A DNA stretch of 64,000 bases from Eledone cirrhosa (lineage: Eukaryota). Every line of letters begins with the position of its first letter. The stretch's first letter is position 1. Positions 23,253 to 37,600 of the stretch are shown here, piece after piece. A model generated the notes under the pieces. It was not told the DNA's origin. It did not search any database and was given only the letters and a program-made list of their open reading frames with translations. Position numbers and translations under genes: made by a program. The stretch lies in contig OZ024740.1 of assembly GCA_964016885.1 (NCBI GenBank), positions 152,458,001 to 152,522,000 of the forward strand, in the 5' to 3' direction.

Positions 23253-23995
23253 AGGGCGAGTAAAATTCCCGAGATCCATGGATGAGTTCTCTCCAGCGGT
23301 CTCTGTCCCTCATCATCGCTGCCATGTCCTGCGTCTCCAAGAGACCTGTGTTTGTCCTTAGGGCATCAAGATATGTCAACCTCTGTCTCCCTCTTCCAGT
23401 GTGTCCGTGTATGGAATCCCACGGGAGCACTGAGTGCAGTGTCAACTCTGAATGTCGGTGAGCATGTCCAGCTAACCTCAGTCACCTCTGTGTTCCTTTG
23501 GAGCTAACTTTTGGGAGGCGCCCGTACAGCTCTGAGTTTTTCATCCTCAGTGTATACTGATTAATGTTCAGAGCCATCCTCAGCATTCTCGTGTAGCACC
23601 CATCCACCATCTGGGTGAGTTTATTGGTCAGTGTCCAAGTCTCAGACCCGTATAGTAGCACAAACTCCACTGTAGCAACGAAGAGTCGGTTGTTCAGGTT
23701 TATACGAAGGTCTGACTTCCACACTGATCTCAACCACATCATCCTCTGTGTTCCCATTTTTTGCTCCCAGATACAGGAAGTCTTCAACCAAATCTAGCGG
23801 CTTCCCGCCTACATTCATAATCTTCTCTGGCTTCTTAATGTTCTTTACCAGATACATCGTCTTAATCTCATTCATTTTCAGCCCCACACACATCGTCACA
23901 GTCTCCACCTTCTGCATCAACACCTCTGCCTCCTTCACTGTGTTTGTCACCAGAACTATGTTGTCAGCATATTCCGCATCTGATATCTTTTTCGC
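23253..23995 (-). mobile_element. RTE-group LINE 3' fragment
   Basis: 'EYADNIVL', 'FLYLG', '[20 protein letters not shown]', 'GCYTRMLR', 'RGRQRLTY..RDRDRWR'. Confidence 0.85.
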
Positions 23996-24015
23996 CTGTA
24001 TATGTACATGTATAC

Positions 24016-24113
<98 letters not shown>

Positions 24114-24217
24114 GTAGACAACGAAGCGTATGTGCATAAACGCATCTGCACCGTGTCGTATTTGTGACCGTATTGTATAAGCTCAATGTACGAGAACAGA
24201 GCCGTTATATGTAAAAG

Positions 24218-25030
24218 AAATCAAAGAACGCCTACATACTCATACAATTTTTATTTGCTGACAATGTTTCATCCATACCATTGGGCAGGAATCATCAGAG
24301 CTTTATAAACAAAAATACAGTGCTGAGTATAAGCTCTACCGAGCTTAGTCACATGGACATTAGAAATACAATAGAGGGTAACAAGAGGGAGATCGGAAAT
24401 GGCGAGTATGGAGAGAGTGCTTAGTGGGGTTGTTATTCAGCACTACAGCTAAATGCAATGGTACAGGCAGATTATTTCACAAGATGCACAAGCACGTGAG
24501 GGCACACAAAAGCAAAAAGTATAAACAATAGTTAAAACATATAATAATAAAGTAAAAGGAAAATAATAATATAAAGAGATAAAAAAAATTAAATAAGAAA
24601 AAAGAAAAATGTTAAAGCACACAAAAAACAGAGGAAGCTATGCATTGGTCACTATATATAACAGGTGATTTAGTTCTCCATAACTTAGAGTTATAGAAAT
24701 ACTAAAAGACTCCCAAGGTACCTTTAGAAAGCCCAAATGGGATTTTATTCCTCCCCATAGTATACATAATCAAGGTATACTATTAGGTTACGGGATTATG
24801 TGGACCATGGGTGCTAAACCTGTATATAGACAGGCACCACATAAATACAAGCCGAACACAAGCAAAGCGGGGTTATTGCATGACCAACGTAAGCAAAAAT
24901 ACATAACAAAAATGGTTATACTCAGCACTGTATTTTTGTTTATAAAGCTCTGATGATTCCTGCCCAATGGTATGGATGAAACATTGTCAGCAAATAAAAA
25001 TTGTATGAGTATGTAGGCGTTCTTTGATTT
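24218..25030. mobile_element. Non-coding element with 115-bp inverted arms, each carrying an HHR
   Basis: Arms 24218-24332 and 24916-25030 are reverse complements around a ~580-bp spacer. Confidence 0.9.
24947..24991 (+). ncRNA. Type I hammerhead ribozyme (mirror copy 24257-24301 on minus)
   Basis: gct-CTGATGA-ttcctgcccaatggtatggat-GAAA-cattg-TC-agc. Confidence 0.8.
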
Positions 25031-25233
25031 TCTGAAATCCTTTCAGAATTCATTGTCCTGCGCATGTATTGTTTTTTTTGGCGGTAATTTACTTCCTCAT
25101 TTTTTTAATCAGTTTGAGCACTTCTTTAAAACTGCTGGACTGGCAACCTGACAGATAACTCAGGCACAAAGGATGATGATTATCGCTAAATACTGATGTT
25201 GGTTAGATTATCAATATTAGTATTATTGGGGCA

Positions 25234-25360
25234 CCCACTGATGAATTATAGGAGCCCACTTGAATATATATCTATTGATGGTATACAAGCTCCTACATAA
25301 ATTGGTATAATTTCACCAAAATTGTAGGAATCCTATAATGAAACAAGACGTCCGTCTGGG
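25234..25360 (+). ncRNA. Type I hammerhead ribozyme with ~95-nt helix II domain
   Basis: ccca-CTGATGA-attatagga...tcctataat-GAAAC-aagacgtcc-GTC-tggg; helix II base is a perfect 9-bp stem. Confidence 0.7.
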
Positions 25361-25686
25361 AAGAGATATATTAGATATGTCTCATATAAAATAATACAGC
25401 CAATTTTCCACGCAATACTTTTAGTTAGTACCCCGAATGCATAATTGGTAATATAATCACTTATATCCTAATGTTTGTTGAGTGAGTTGGAATTTGGCCG
25501 GAGTATCGCTAAAAAGCTTTCTCCGATATTGTATTTATTTATATATATATATATACCGAAGGAAATGTGGTAAGGAACGAGGTGGACCATAACGCACCAA
25601 AGTACCCAATACTTAGGGTAGTAAAGTGGGTAATAGGAACGAGTAGGAACCCGACGGCTGAGCTCAAGCCGTCGGGGTCCTAATCG

Positions 25687-25741
<55 letters not shown>

Positions 25742-26002
25742 AACATATGGAACAATCACAGGGAATAATCTGTAAATAATGTAAGCACACATAGCTAGGT
25801 AGGTTACCAATTAAAGTTTAACTAACACTTCATTGTTCTATATGTTTATTTTATATATATATATATGTCAATCTATTTCTAGTTGATATGAAATGCTCGG
25901 ATTAGTTCATTGGAATCATTGAGCTTATTCTATAGTGGATATGGCGCATGTCTCTCAGACATGACAACCCTTAATTTAATTTTGGATATATATATATAAA
26001 GT

Positions 26003-26086
<84 letters not shown>

Positions 26087-26095
26087 TATATATAG

Positions 26096-26512
26096 TAATA
26101 ATAATAAATTTGAAGACTAAAATCCAAAGAGGGCTTGATAAGGATAAATATATATCAAATATATAAGAACCGTACAGCAAATATTTATTAAAATAACAGA
26201 TTAAAGTTTAAGCAAAGAATCGCTGCTTTCACCCATAACGGGATCTTCTGAAACTAACAAAGTCAATCTGTAAACGCAGAAGTGGATATTTCAAAAAACG
26301 TTGCAACCGCAGGAAGACAGGAAGACGATACTTTGGTTCGTGGAAACGTTCCCTGGCAAAGAACGGGAAAAAACGAATATAATACGTCATTAATAGGAGC
26401 GGTGAAAAACAATTACACGCAAAGAGAGAACCACTTTTATGGTATAGTTTCAGAAGATCCCGCTAAGGGTGAAAGCAGCGATTCTTTGCTTTAACTTTAA
26501 TCTGTCATTTTA

Positions 26513-26520
<8 letters not shown>
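26096..26520. repeat. Third copy of the 2457 family, with terminal inversion (arms 26181-26256 and 26445-26520) between TA tracts
   Basis: Arms are reverse complements and carry cagaaga-tccc-gctaa-gggt-gaaa. Confidence 0.8.
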
Positions 26521-26608
<88 letters not shown>

Positions 26609-26752
26609 TATAGTTGTTATATAGTAAGGTGCATTATTGGTTGTGTAAAATGGTCCAATAAATTTATGTTAGCAATATTAAGTTCTCCACGCTTTTGTAT
26701 ATCTCCAATTCCATTCAAGGGAACAGCTAGATGATGTAAAACGGAGTATAAG

Positions 26753-30116
<3,364 letters not shown>

Positions 30117-30269
30117 TAAATTATAAATTAATAAATTAATTGAGTTCTTCATACGGATTGGACACTACCGTATATTTTGATAGATTTATCTACACATATA
30201 TATATATATATATAAATCAAGAAAGAAGAGTGACATGGTTTGCTATACAATAAGGTCTTTATTCACATT

Positions 30270-30375
30270 GCTGACAATTGTTTCTCTGAACTGGTAGGTC
30301 TAGAGATCGCTACCCGCCTGATTCTGCCTCAATCGATCACCAATACTTTATTATAACCAGTCTATTCGTCAGAGC
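30270..30375 (-). ncRNA. Type I hammerhead ribozyme with 81-nt helix II domain
   Basis: Reverse complement: gct-CTGACGA-atagactggt...accagttcaga-GAAA-caattg-TC-agc. Confidence 0.7.
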
Positions 30376-30569
30376 ATACGAGAACGAAGGATATACACAG
30401 GCATGGCTTCTATATATAGTAATGGCATAGGAATCACTGCGTACATAGAAATCACCGCGTACTCGCAGCATCACTATGGAAACGTCTTGTTGAGTCAAAC
30501 CCTAACCAAGCGTTAGTAATATCCACTACTCGGAGTACCTAACTACATCTAACTGGACTACCTAAAACA

Positions 30570-30653
30570 ATAATTTGTTATCCCGTATATATATATATAT
30601 ATATATATATATACGGGATAACAAATTATACATTTTCCTATACACACAGACAT

Positions 30654-30742
<89 letters not shown>

Positions 30743-30750
30743 TATATATA

Positions 30751-30840
<90 letters not shown>

Positions 30841-30856
30841 TATATATATGCATATA

Positions 30857-30933
<77 letters not shown>

Positions 30934-30971
30934 GTGTGTGTGTGTATGTCTGTGTGTATAGGAAAATGTAT
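30570..30971. repeat. Two adjacent palindromes centred on (TA)n tracts
   Basis: ataatttgttatcccg(TA)n-cgggataacaaattat (30570-30629) and atacattttcctatacacacagac...gtctgtgtgtataggaaaatgtat (30628-30971). Confidence 0.9.
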
Positions 30972-31092
30972 GACCCCGACAGCAGAGCTCAAGCCATTTC
31001 GACCGCTATTTCTGGACCTATATATTTATGTGTATATATAGATATGTGTGTATGTATATGAATATATATGTCTATATTTTTGTGCATGTATA

Positions 31093-31142
<50 letters not shown>

Positions 31143-31803
31143 CGTGTATGTGTGTGTGTGCGTGTGTGTGTATGCGCGCGTGTGTGTGTGTGCCTTTCTG
31201 TCTTTGTCTCTGTGTACATATGGCTCGCTCTAGCTTGCTTTGCAAGAGGAATGCATGATGAAAAACATGTCTCGAAGCACATCACATCACACGGCATGAG
31301 TAGTCTAGTCGTTGCGTAAGGTTATTGATCTGTGAAGAGGCCAGCGTGGTAGAACTTTATCCTACTCAGTTATATCGAGACGTTCCTCTTCATAAACACA
31401 ATAATAATCCCACCAAACACTGATTAAAAAAATGAAATATTTATATCCACTTAACAATTGCAAGCGTTTCGAAAAATGCCGGATGTGTAACTTTTAAGTT
31501 AAAATTATTTCAATAATGGATGAATCTATTAAAATAAAATGGAATAAAAATTTGATTGATATTCTGGTGGGGTGGCGCAATATTCTGTAAAATGGCTGCG
31601 AAATATCTCTTTTTATCTGTTGTCTCTCATTCGTTCTCCATCTCTTTCTCACTTTCACAATGTTTGTTTGTGCTCGCTTCTATGTCTCTCTGTGTTTGTG
31701 CCTCTCTTTATATTAATGTGCAAATATATCAGTGTACATTTACGAAAGTGTATAGATTTATGTTTGCAAGTGTATTCAGGTATCAGATCTCTCTGTCTCT
31801 CTC

Positions 31804-31989
<186 letters not shown>

Positions 31990-32082
31990 TATATATATAT
32001 ATATATAGTTAGAGGAGATAAAAAACAAAGGTACAAAAAGACTTATTAGTGTCACGCATTATATGGAAAAAGGGGAAAGAAA

Positions 32083-32118
32083 GTTCGACGTATCGGTCTG
32101 TAGCCCTTCTTCAGGAGT
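32083..32118 (-). ncRNA. Degenerate minimal PLE-type hammerhead
   Basis: Reverse complement ctc-CTGAAGA-agggctacagacc-GATA-cg-TC-gaac; GAAA box mutated. Confidence 0.5.
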
Positions 32119-32326
32119 ACAAAATAGAGACAGGATCACAAAGGAGATGCAGAAATAAAAGAGTCCAAGTAAAGAAAAGATAAATTGAATATAAAATGTG
32201 TAAACAAGACAAACCTATATATACATATAAAAAATAAAGATAAAAAAAAAAAAAATAACGGGAAAATAGAGCGTAAGGTTATGGGGAAAATTATTTCCCC
32301 ATACATAACTTTACGTTCTATATATA

Positions 32327-32378
<52 letters not shown>

Positions 32379-32542
32379 TTCAAGAGTAACCAATCTTAAA
32401 GAGAGAGATGGAGATAGGAGAGGAGAGATTGGTGAATTAGTTAGAAGCCAAAGCGTGAAAGCATGAGCTCAATGTGCAATATGCAGTGGAAAGCAGCTAG
32501 GTGGCTGGGTTCATGCAGAAGTTAGGCGGGCAGAACTGGAAA

Positions 32543-33273
32543 TATTCATTAGTTAAGCAAAACAAGACCACACATTTTACAAGGAAGACATTATTAAAAG
32601 ATTGTCAACATATTTTAGTTTGATGTAAGGAATGTAGAGAATAATAATAATAATATTAATAATAATAATGTCCAGTTACCCATAGGCAGATCTCACACAA
32701 TGCAATCTCGACAGATGAATACTGCTTGATTATGGCTGACAATTGATACACCCAGGACACCATAGTGAAATACCAATATATGGAACATTACATTATGTAA
32801 CATTCTCTCCTTATTTTAATTTATATTCCTTTGGAGTTCCGATGAGCCGCTCTGTCTTTAAATATGTTAATTATTTTCAACTGAACCAGATCAATAATGA
32901 TATATAGTCATTTGATCCAGAAATATTTTATGGGGTAGCGAAACAATTGTAAACGGACGTGGATTGGCAAGGGGCGGTGAATTGGCAGTATCGGTAGAGG
33001 GTCGACGTCATGCTTTCCAGCATAGTTACGTCCCTTTACGATCTGAGTTCAAATCCCGCCGAGGTTGACTTTGCCTTTCATCCTTACGGGGTCGATAAAA
33101 TAAAGTACCAGTAATGCACTGGGTGTTTGCTGGCCTTGTGCCTAAAGTAGAAACAATTATTATTAATAATATTATTATTATTCTCTACATTCTTTACATC
33201 AAACTAAAATATGTTGACAATCTTTTAATAATGTCTTCCTTGTGAAATTTGTGGGCTTGTTTTACTTAACTAA

Positions 33274-33280
<7 letters not shown>
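32543..33280. repeat. ~125-bp inverted arms (32543-32668 and 33157-33280) enclosing a SINE
   Basis: aagacattattaaaagattgtcaacatattttagtttgatgtaa and its reverse complement. Confidence 0.85.
32973..33165 (+). mobile_element. tRNA-derived SINE, full length (family A)
   Basis: ggcggtgaattggcag..gagttcaaatcccgccgagg..agtagaaacaattatt. Confidence 0.9.
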
Positions 33281-33332
<52 letters not shown>

Positions 33333-33370
33333 ATATTAAATAAATGGCAACTATATTTATACTATTTTTA

Positions 33371-33426
33371 TTCTATTATATACATTTCAAGGGTACCAAA
33401 ACATTGGTACGCTCTCATCAGATGAA
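33371..33426 (-). ncRNA. Probable degenerate hammerhead; the adjoining sequence recurs inverted at about 5600-5668
   Basis: Reverse complement ttcat-CTGATGA-gagcgtaccaatgttttggtaccctt-GAAA-tgtata-TA-atagaa; helix I imperfect. Confidence 0.5.
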
Positions 33427-33514
33427 ATACAAAGTTTGTTTTATAAATATTGACATAACCAGGAAAGAATAACTTAACGGTTCAAGTTTTTCCTGGATAA
33501 CTATCCCTCAAGTA

Positions 33515-33570
<56 letters not shown>

Positions 33571-33642
33571 GGTAAACATTGTTACAATTCAATTCAAGCA
33601 CTCAACGTACTTTTTCCACATAGGAGTGACGGAGTAAATATC

Positions 33643-34067
33643 GAATAAGTAAAAGCGAAGTAGTTTCGGATGTTCAAGTCCTTTAATAATAATGCTGTGA
33701 TATATATTTCAATGACGACACTGGCTACACTGTTCTGTGTGCGAGTGTCGTGACATCATCAGACAGCTTGTTACATAATAAGGTTGTTTCCGAGGCAATC
33801 CAAATTGAATCGACATGGGAACGGATGAAGTTCGTGCTTTTGGGTTTTTCAAGGGCGGATGAAAAACCCAAAAGCACGAACTTCATCTGTTCCCATGTCG
33901 ATTCAATTTGGATTGCCTCGGAAACAACCTTATTATGTAACAAGCTGTCTGATGATGTCACGACACTCGCACACAGAACAGTGTGGCCAGTGTCGTCATT
34001 GAAATATATATCACAGCATTATTATTAAAGGACTTGAACATCTGAAACTACTTCGCTTTTACTTATT

Positions 34068-34068
<1 letters not shown>
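33643..34068. repeat. 426-bp palindrome (8-nt spacer) with two divergent HHRs
   Basis: Arms 33643-33851 and 33860-34068 nearly identical; TA tracts on both sides. Confidence 0.95.
33944..34017 (+). ncRNA. Type I hammerhead ribozyme with 45-nt helix II (mirror copy 33694-33767 on minus)
   Basis: gctgt-CTGATGA-tgtcacgacact...agtgtcgtcatt-GAAA-tatata-TC-acagc. Confidence 0.8.
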
Positions 34069-34129
<61 letters not shown>

Positions 34130-34130
<1 letters not shown>

Positions 34131-34663
34131 GCTTTGTTGGTTGACCACTGGATAGAACTGATCATTCCGTATGGTCAACCTCGATGTAATATTATGGAGA
34201 GCACTCAACGTAATGCAACTCACCGGTCTTCGTTAGCGTAGTTGGCGGTGCGAGTATGGAGTTAATTATTATAAAATGACAGGAAGCTGGACTGGTGTAA
34301 GTCTTTGAGAGTTTTATTATACTATCAACATGTCAATGACCGGGTTCAGTATAAATCCGGTGAAATCATCAGGTATTCAAAATATAACAAAGGAATATAA
34401 CAGATAAAATCCATGGGGCTTAAAATCAGAGACATGAGGACGACTGACTTGAGGGCGGCCGACAAAGGTAGAAGCTACTAAATAGTCGGTCGTCCTCTTG
34501 ACTCTGATTTTCAGCCCCATGGAATTTATATGTTATATTCCTTTGTTATATTTTGAATACCTGATGATGTCACCGGATTCATACTGAACCCGGACATTAA
34601 AATGATCATGGTATAATAAACTTTTCAAGGATTTACACCAGTAAGCATCCTGTTATTTTATAA
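34130..34663. mobile_element. Older fold-back element with diverged inverted arms (34269-34449 and 34484-34663) and decayed HHRs
   Basis: atac-CTGATGA-..-aaaa-tgatca-tg-gtat at 34557-34614 and its mirror; homologue at 19384-19748. Confidence 0.75.
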
Positions 34664-34673
34664 TATATATATA

Positions 34674-37600
34674 CTAGCTTTTTTCCATCCACTGAATTAT
34701 TTTTGTATTGGATCCCTGTGTCTGCGCATCGCCAGGAATCTTAACCGAAAATTGACTCCCTGAAGAAGAAAGGATTCTCCATGGTCTCCATTTGGAGACT
34801 ATGTATATCCCCTTTCAGAAACTAATTAGTTGGAGTGAAATTTCAGTAAGTGAGTTTATTACTATAATTTTCTTATTTTACGTCTTTTATATAATTGTTC
34901 TACATCTCTTTGTATTGAACCACAAAGGTACTGAGACAAAACCTATATCTCTCCTAGCGTAAGTATGCATCTGTATACATATATTGGTAGATATATTAAT
35001 TCTTTAAAATTATCTCTAAATTATTTTGTTGAGCAAAAATTTGCCTAAATTACTATTGTGGTTCATAGTAGTAAATTTCGCTACTGTCTTTTTAACACCC
35101 ACTCCTCACTGACTAACCTCGATGTCACGTGATTGATTCTATTGAAATTGCTACTGACCATGAAGGCAGTGAAGTTTTCAATGGCTTGGAATTTAGTCCA
35201 CGCTAAATTTTTTCCATACACTGAATTATTTTTGTATTGGATCCCTGTGTCCGCACATCGCCAGGAATCATAACCGAGAATTGATTCCCTGATGAAGAAA
35301 GGATTCTCCATGGTCTCCATTTAGAGACTATGTATATCCCCTTTCAGAAACTAATTAGTTAGAGTGAAATATATATAAGTGAGTTAATTACTATAATTTT
35401 CTTATTTTACGTCTTTTATATAATTGTTCTACATCTCTTTGTATTGAACCACAAAGTTACTAAGACAAAACCTATATCTCTGCTAGCGTAAGTATACATC
35501 TGTATAAATATGTTGGTAGATATACTAATTCTTTATAATTATCTCCAAATTATTTTGTTGAGCAAATATTCCCTTAAATTACTACTATGGTTCATAGTAT
35601 TATATTTGACTACTGTCTTTTTAAGACCCCACTCATCACTGATTAATGTCGATGTCACGTGGTTGATTCTTTTGAATCTGCCACTGAACATGAAGGCAGT
35701 GAAGTTTTCAATGGCTTGGAATTTAGTCCGCGCTAGATTTTTTCCATCCACTGAATTATTTTTGTATTGGATGCCTGTGTCCGCGCATCGCCAGGATTCT
35801 TAACCGAAAATTGATTCCCTGAGGAAGAAAGGATTATCCATGTTCTCCATTTAGAGACTATGTATATCCCCTTTCAGAAACTAATTAGTTGGAGTGAAAT
35901 TTAAGTAAGAGAGTTAATTACTATAATTTTCTTATTTTACGTCTTTTATATAATTGTTCTACATCTCTTTGTATTGAACCACAAAGGTACTAAGACAAAA
36001 CCTATATCTCTGCTAGCGTAAGTATGCATCTGTATACATATTTTGGTAGATATACTAATTCTTTAAAATTATCTCCAAATTATTTTGTTGAGCAAAGTTT
36101 GCCTAAATTATTACTATGGTTCATAGTATTATATTTGGCTACTGTCTTTTTAACACCCACTCCTCACTGATTAACCTTGATGTCACGTGATTGATTCTAT
36201 TGAGATTGTTACTGACCATGAAGGCAATGAAGTTTTCAATGGCTTGGAATTTAGTCCACGCTAGCTTTTTTCCATCCACTGAATTATTTTTGTATTGGAT
36301 CCCTGTGTCCGCACATCACCAGGAATCTTAACCGAGAATTGATTCCCCGACGAAGAAAGGATTCTCCATGGTCTCCATTTGGAGACTATGTATATCCCCT
36401 TTCAGAAACTAATTAGTTGGAGTGAAATTTAAGTAAGTGAGTTAATTACTATAATTTTCTTATTTTACGTCTTTTATATAATTGCTCTACATCTCTTTGT
36501 ATTGAACCTCAAAGGTACTAAGACAAAACCTATATCTCTCCTAGCGTAAGTATGCATCTGTATACATATATTGGTAGATGTACTAATTATTTAAAATTAT
36601 CTCCAAATTATTTTGTTGAGCAAAGTTTGCCTAAATTATTACTATGGTTCATAGTATTATATTTGGCTACTGTCTTTTTAACACCCCACTCCTCACTGAT
36701 TAACCTCGATGACACGTGGTTGATTCTTTTGAATTTATCATTGACCATGAAGGCAGTGAAATTTTCAATGGCTTGGAATTTAGTCCGCGTTAGATTTTTT
36801 CCATACACTGAATTATTTTTGTATTGGATCCCTGTGTCCGCGCATCGCCAGGAATATTAACCGAAAATTGATTCCCTGCGGAAGAAAGGATTATCCATGT
36901 TCGCCATTTGGAGACTATGTATATCCCCTTTTAGAAACTAATTAGTTGGAGTGAAATTTAAGTAAGAGAGTTAATTACTATAATTTTCTTACTTTACGTC
37001 TTTTATATAATTGTTCTACATCTCTCTGTATTGAACCACAAAGTTACTAAGACAAAACCTATATCTCTACTAGCGTAAGTATACATCTGTATAAATATAT
37101 TGGTAGATCTACTAATTCTTTATAATTATCTCCAAATTATTTTGTTGAGCAAATATTCCCCTAAATTACTACTATGGTTCATAGTATTAAATTTGGCTAC
37201 TGTCTTTTTAACACCCCACTCCTCACTGATTAACCTCGATGTCACGTGGTTGATTCTTTTGAATTTGCCACTGACCATGAAGGCAGTGAAATTTTCGATG
37301 GCTTGGAATTTAGTCCGCGCTAGCTTTTTTCCATCCTCTGAATTATTTTTGTATTGGATCCCTGTGTCCGCGCATCGCCGCGAATCTTAACCGAAAATTG
37401 ACTCCCTGATGAAGAAAGGATTCCCCGTTGTCTCCATTTGGAGACTATATATATATTCCCTTTCAGAAACTAATTAGTTGGAGTGAAATTTAAGTAAGTG
37501 AGTTTATTACTATAATTTTCTTATTTTACGTCTTTTATATAATTGTTCTACATCTCTCTGTATTGAACCACAAAGTTACTAAGACAAAACCTATATCTCT

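Noticed and set aside
32973-33065. tRNA gene
   Set aside because: The A/B boxes belong to a SINE head followed by a SINE body and tail; no convincing cloverleaf
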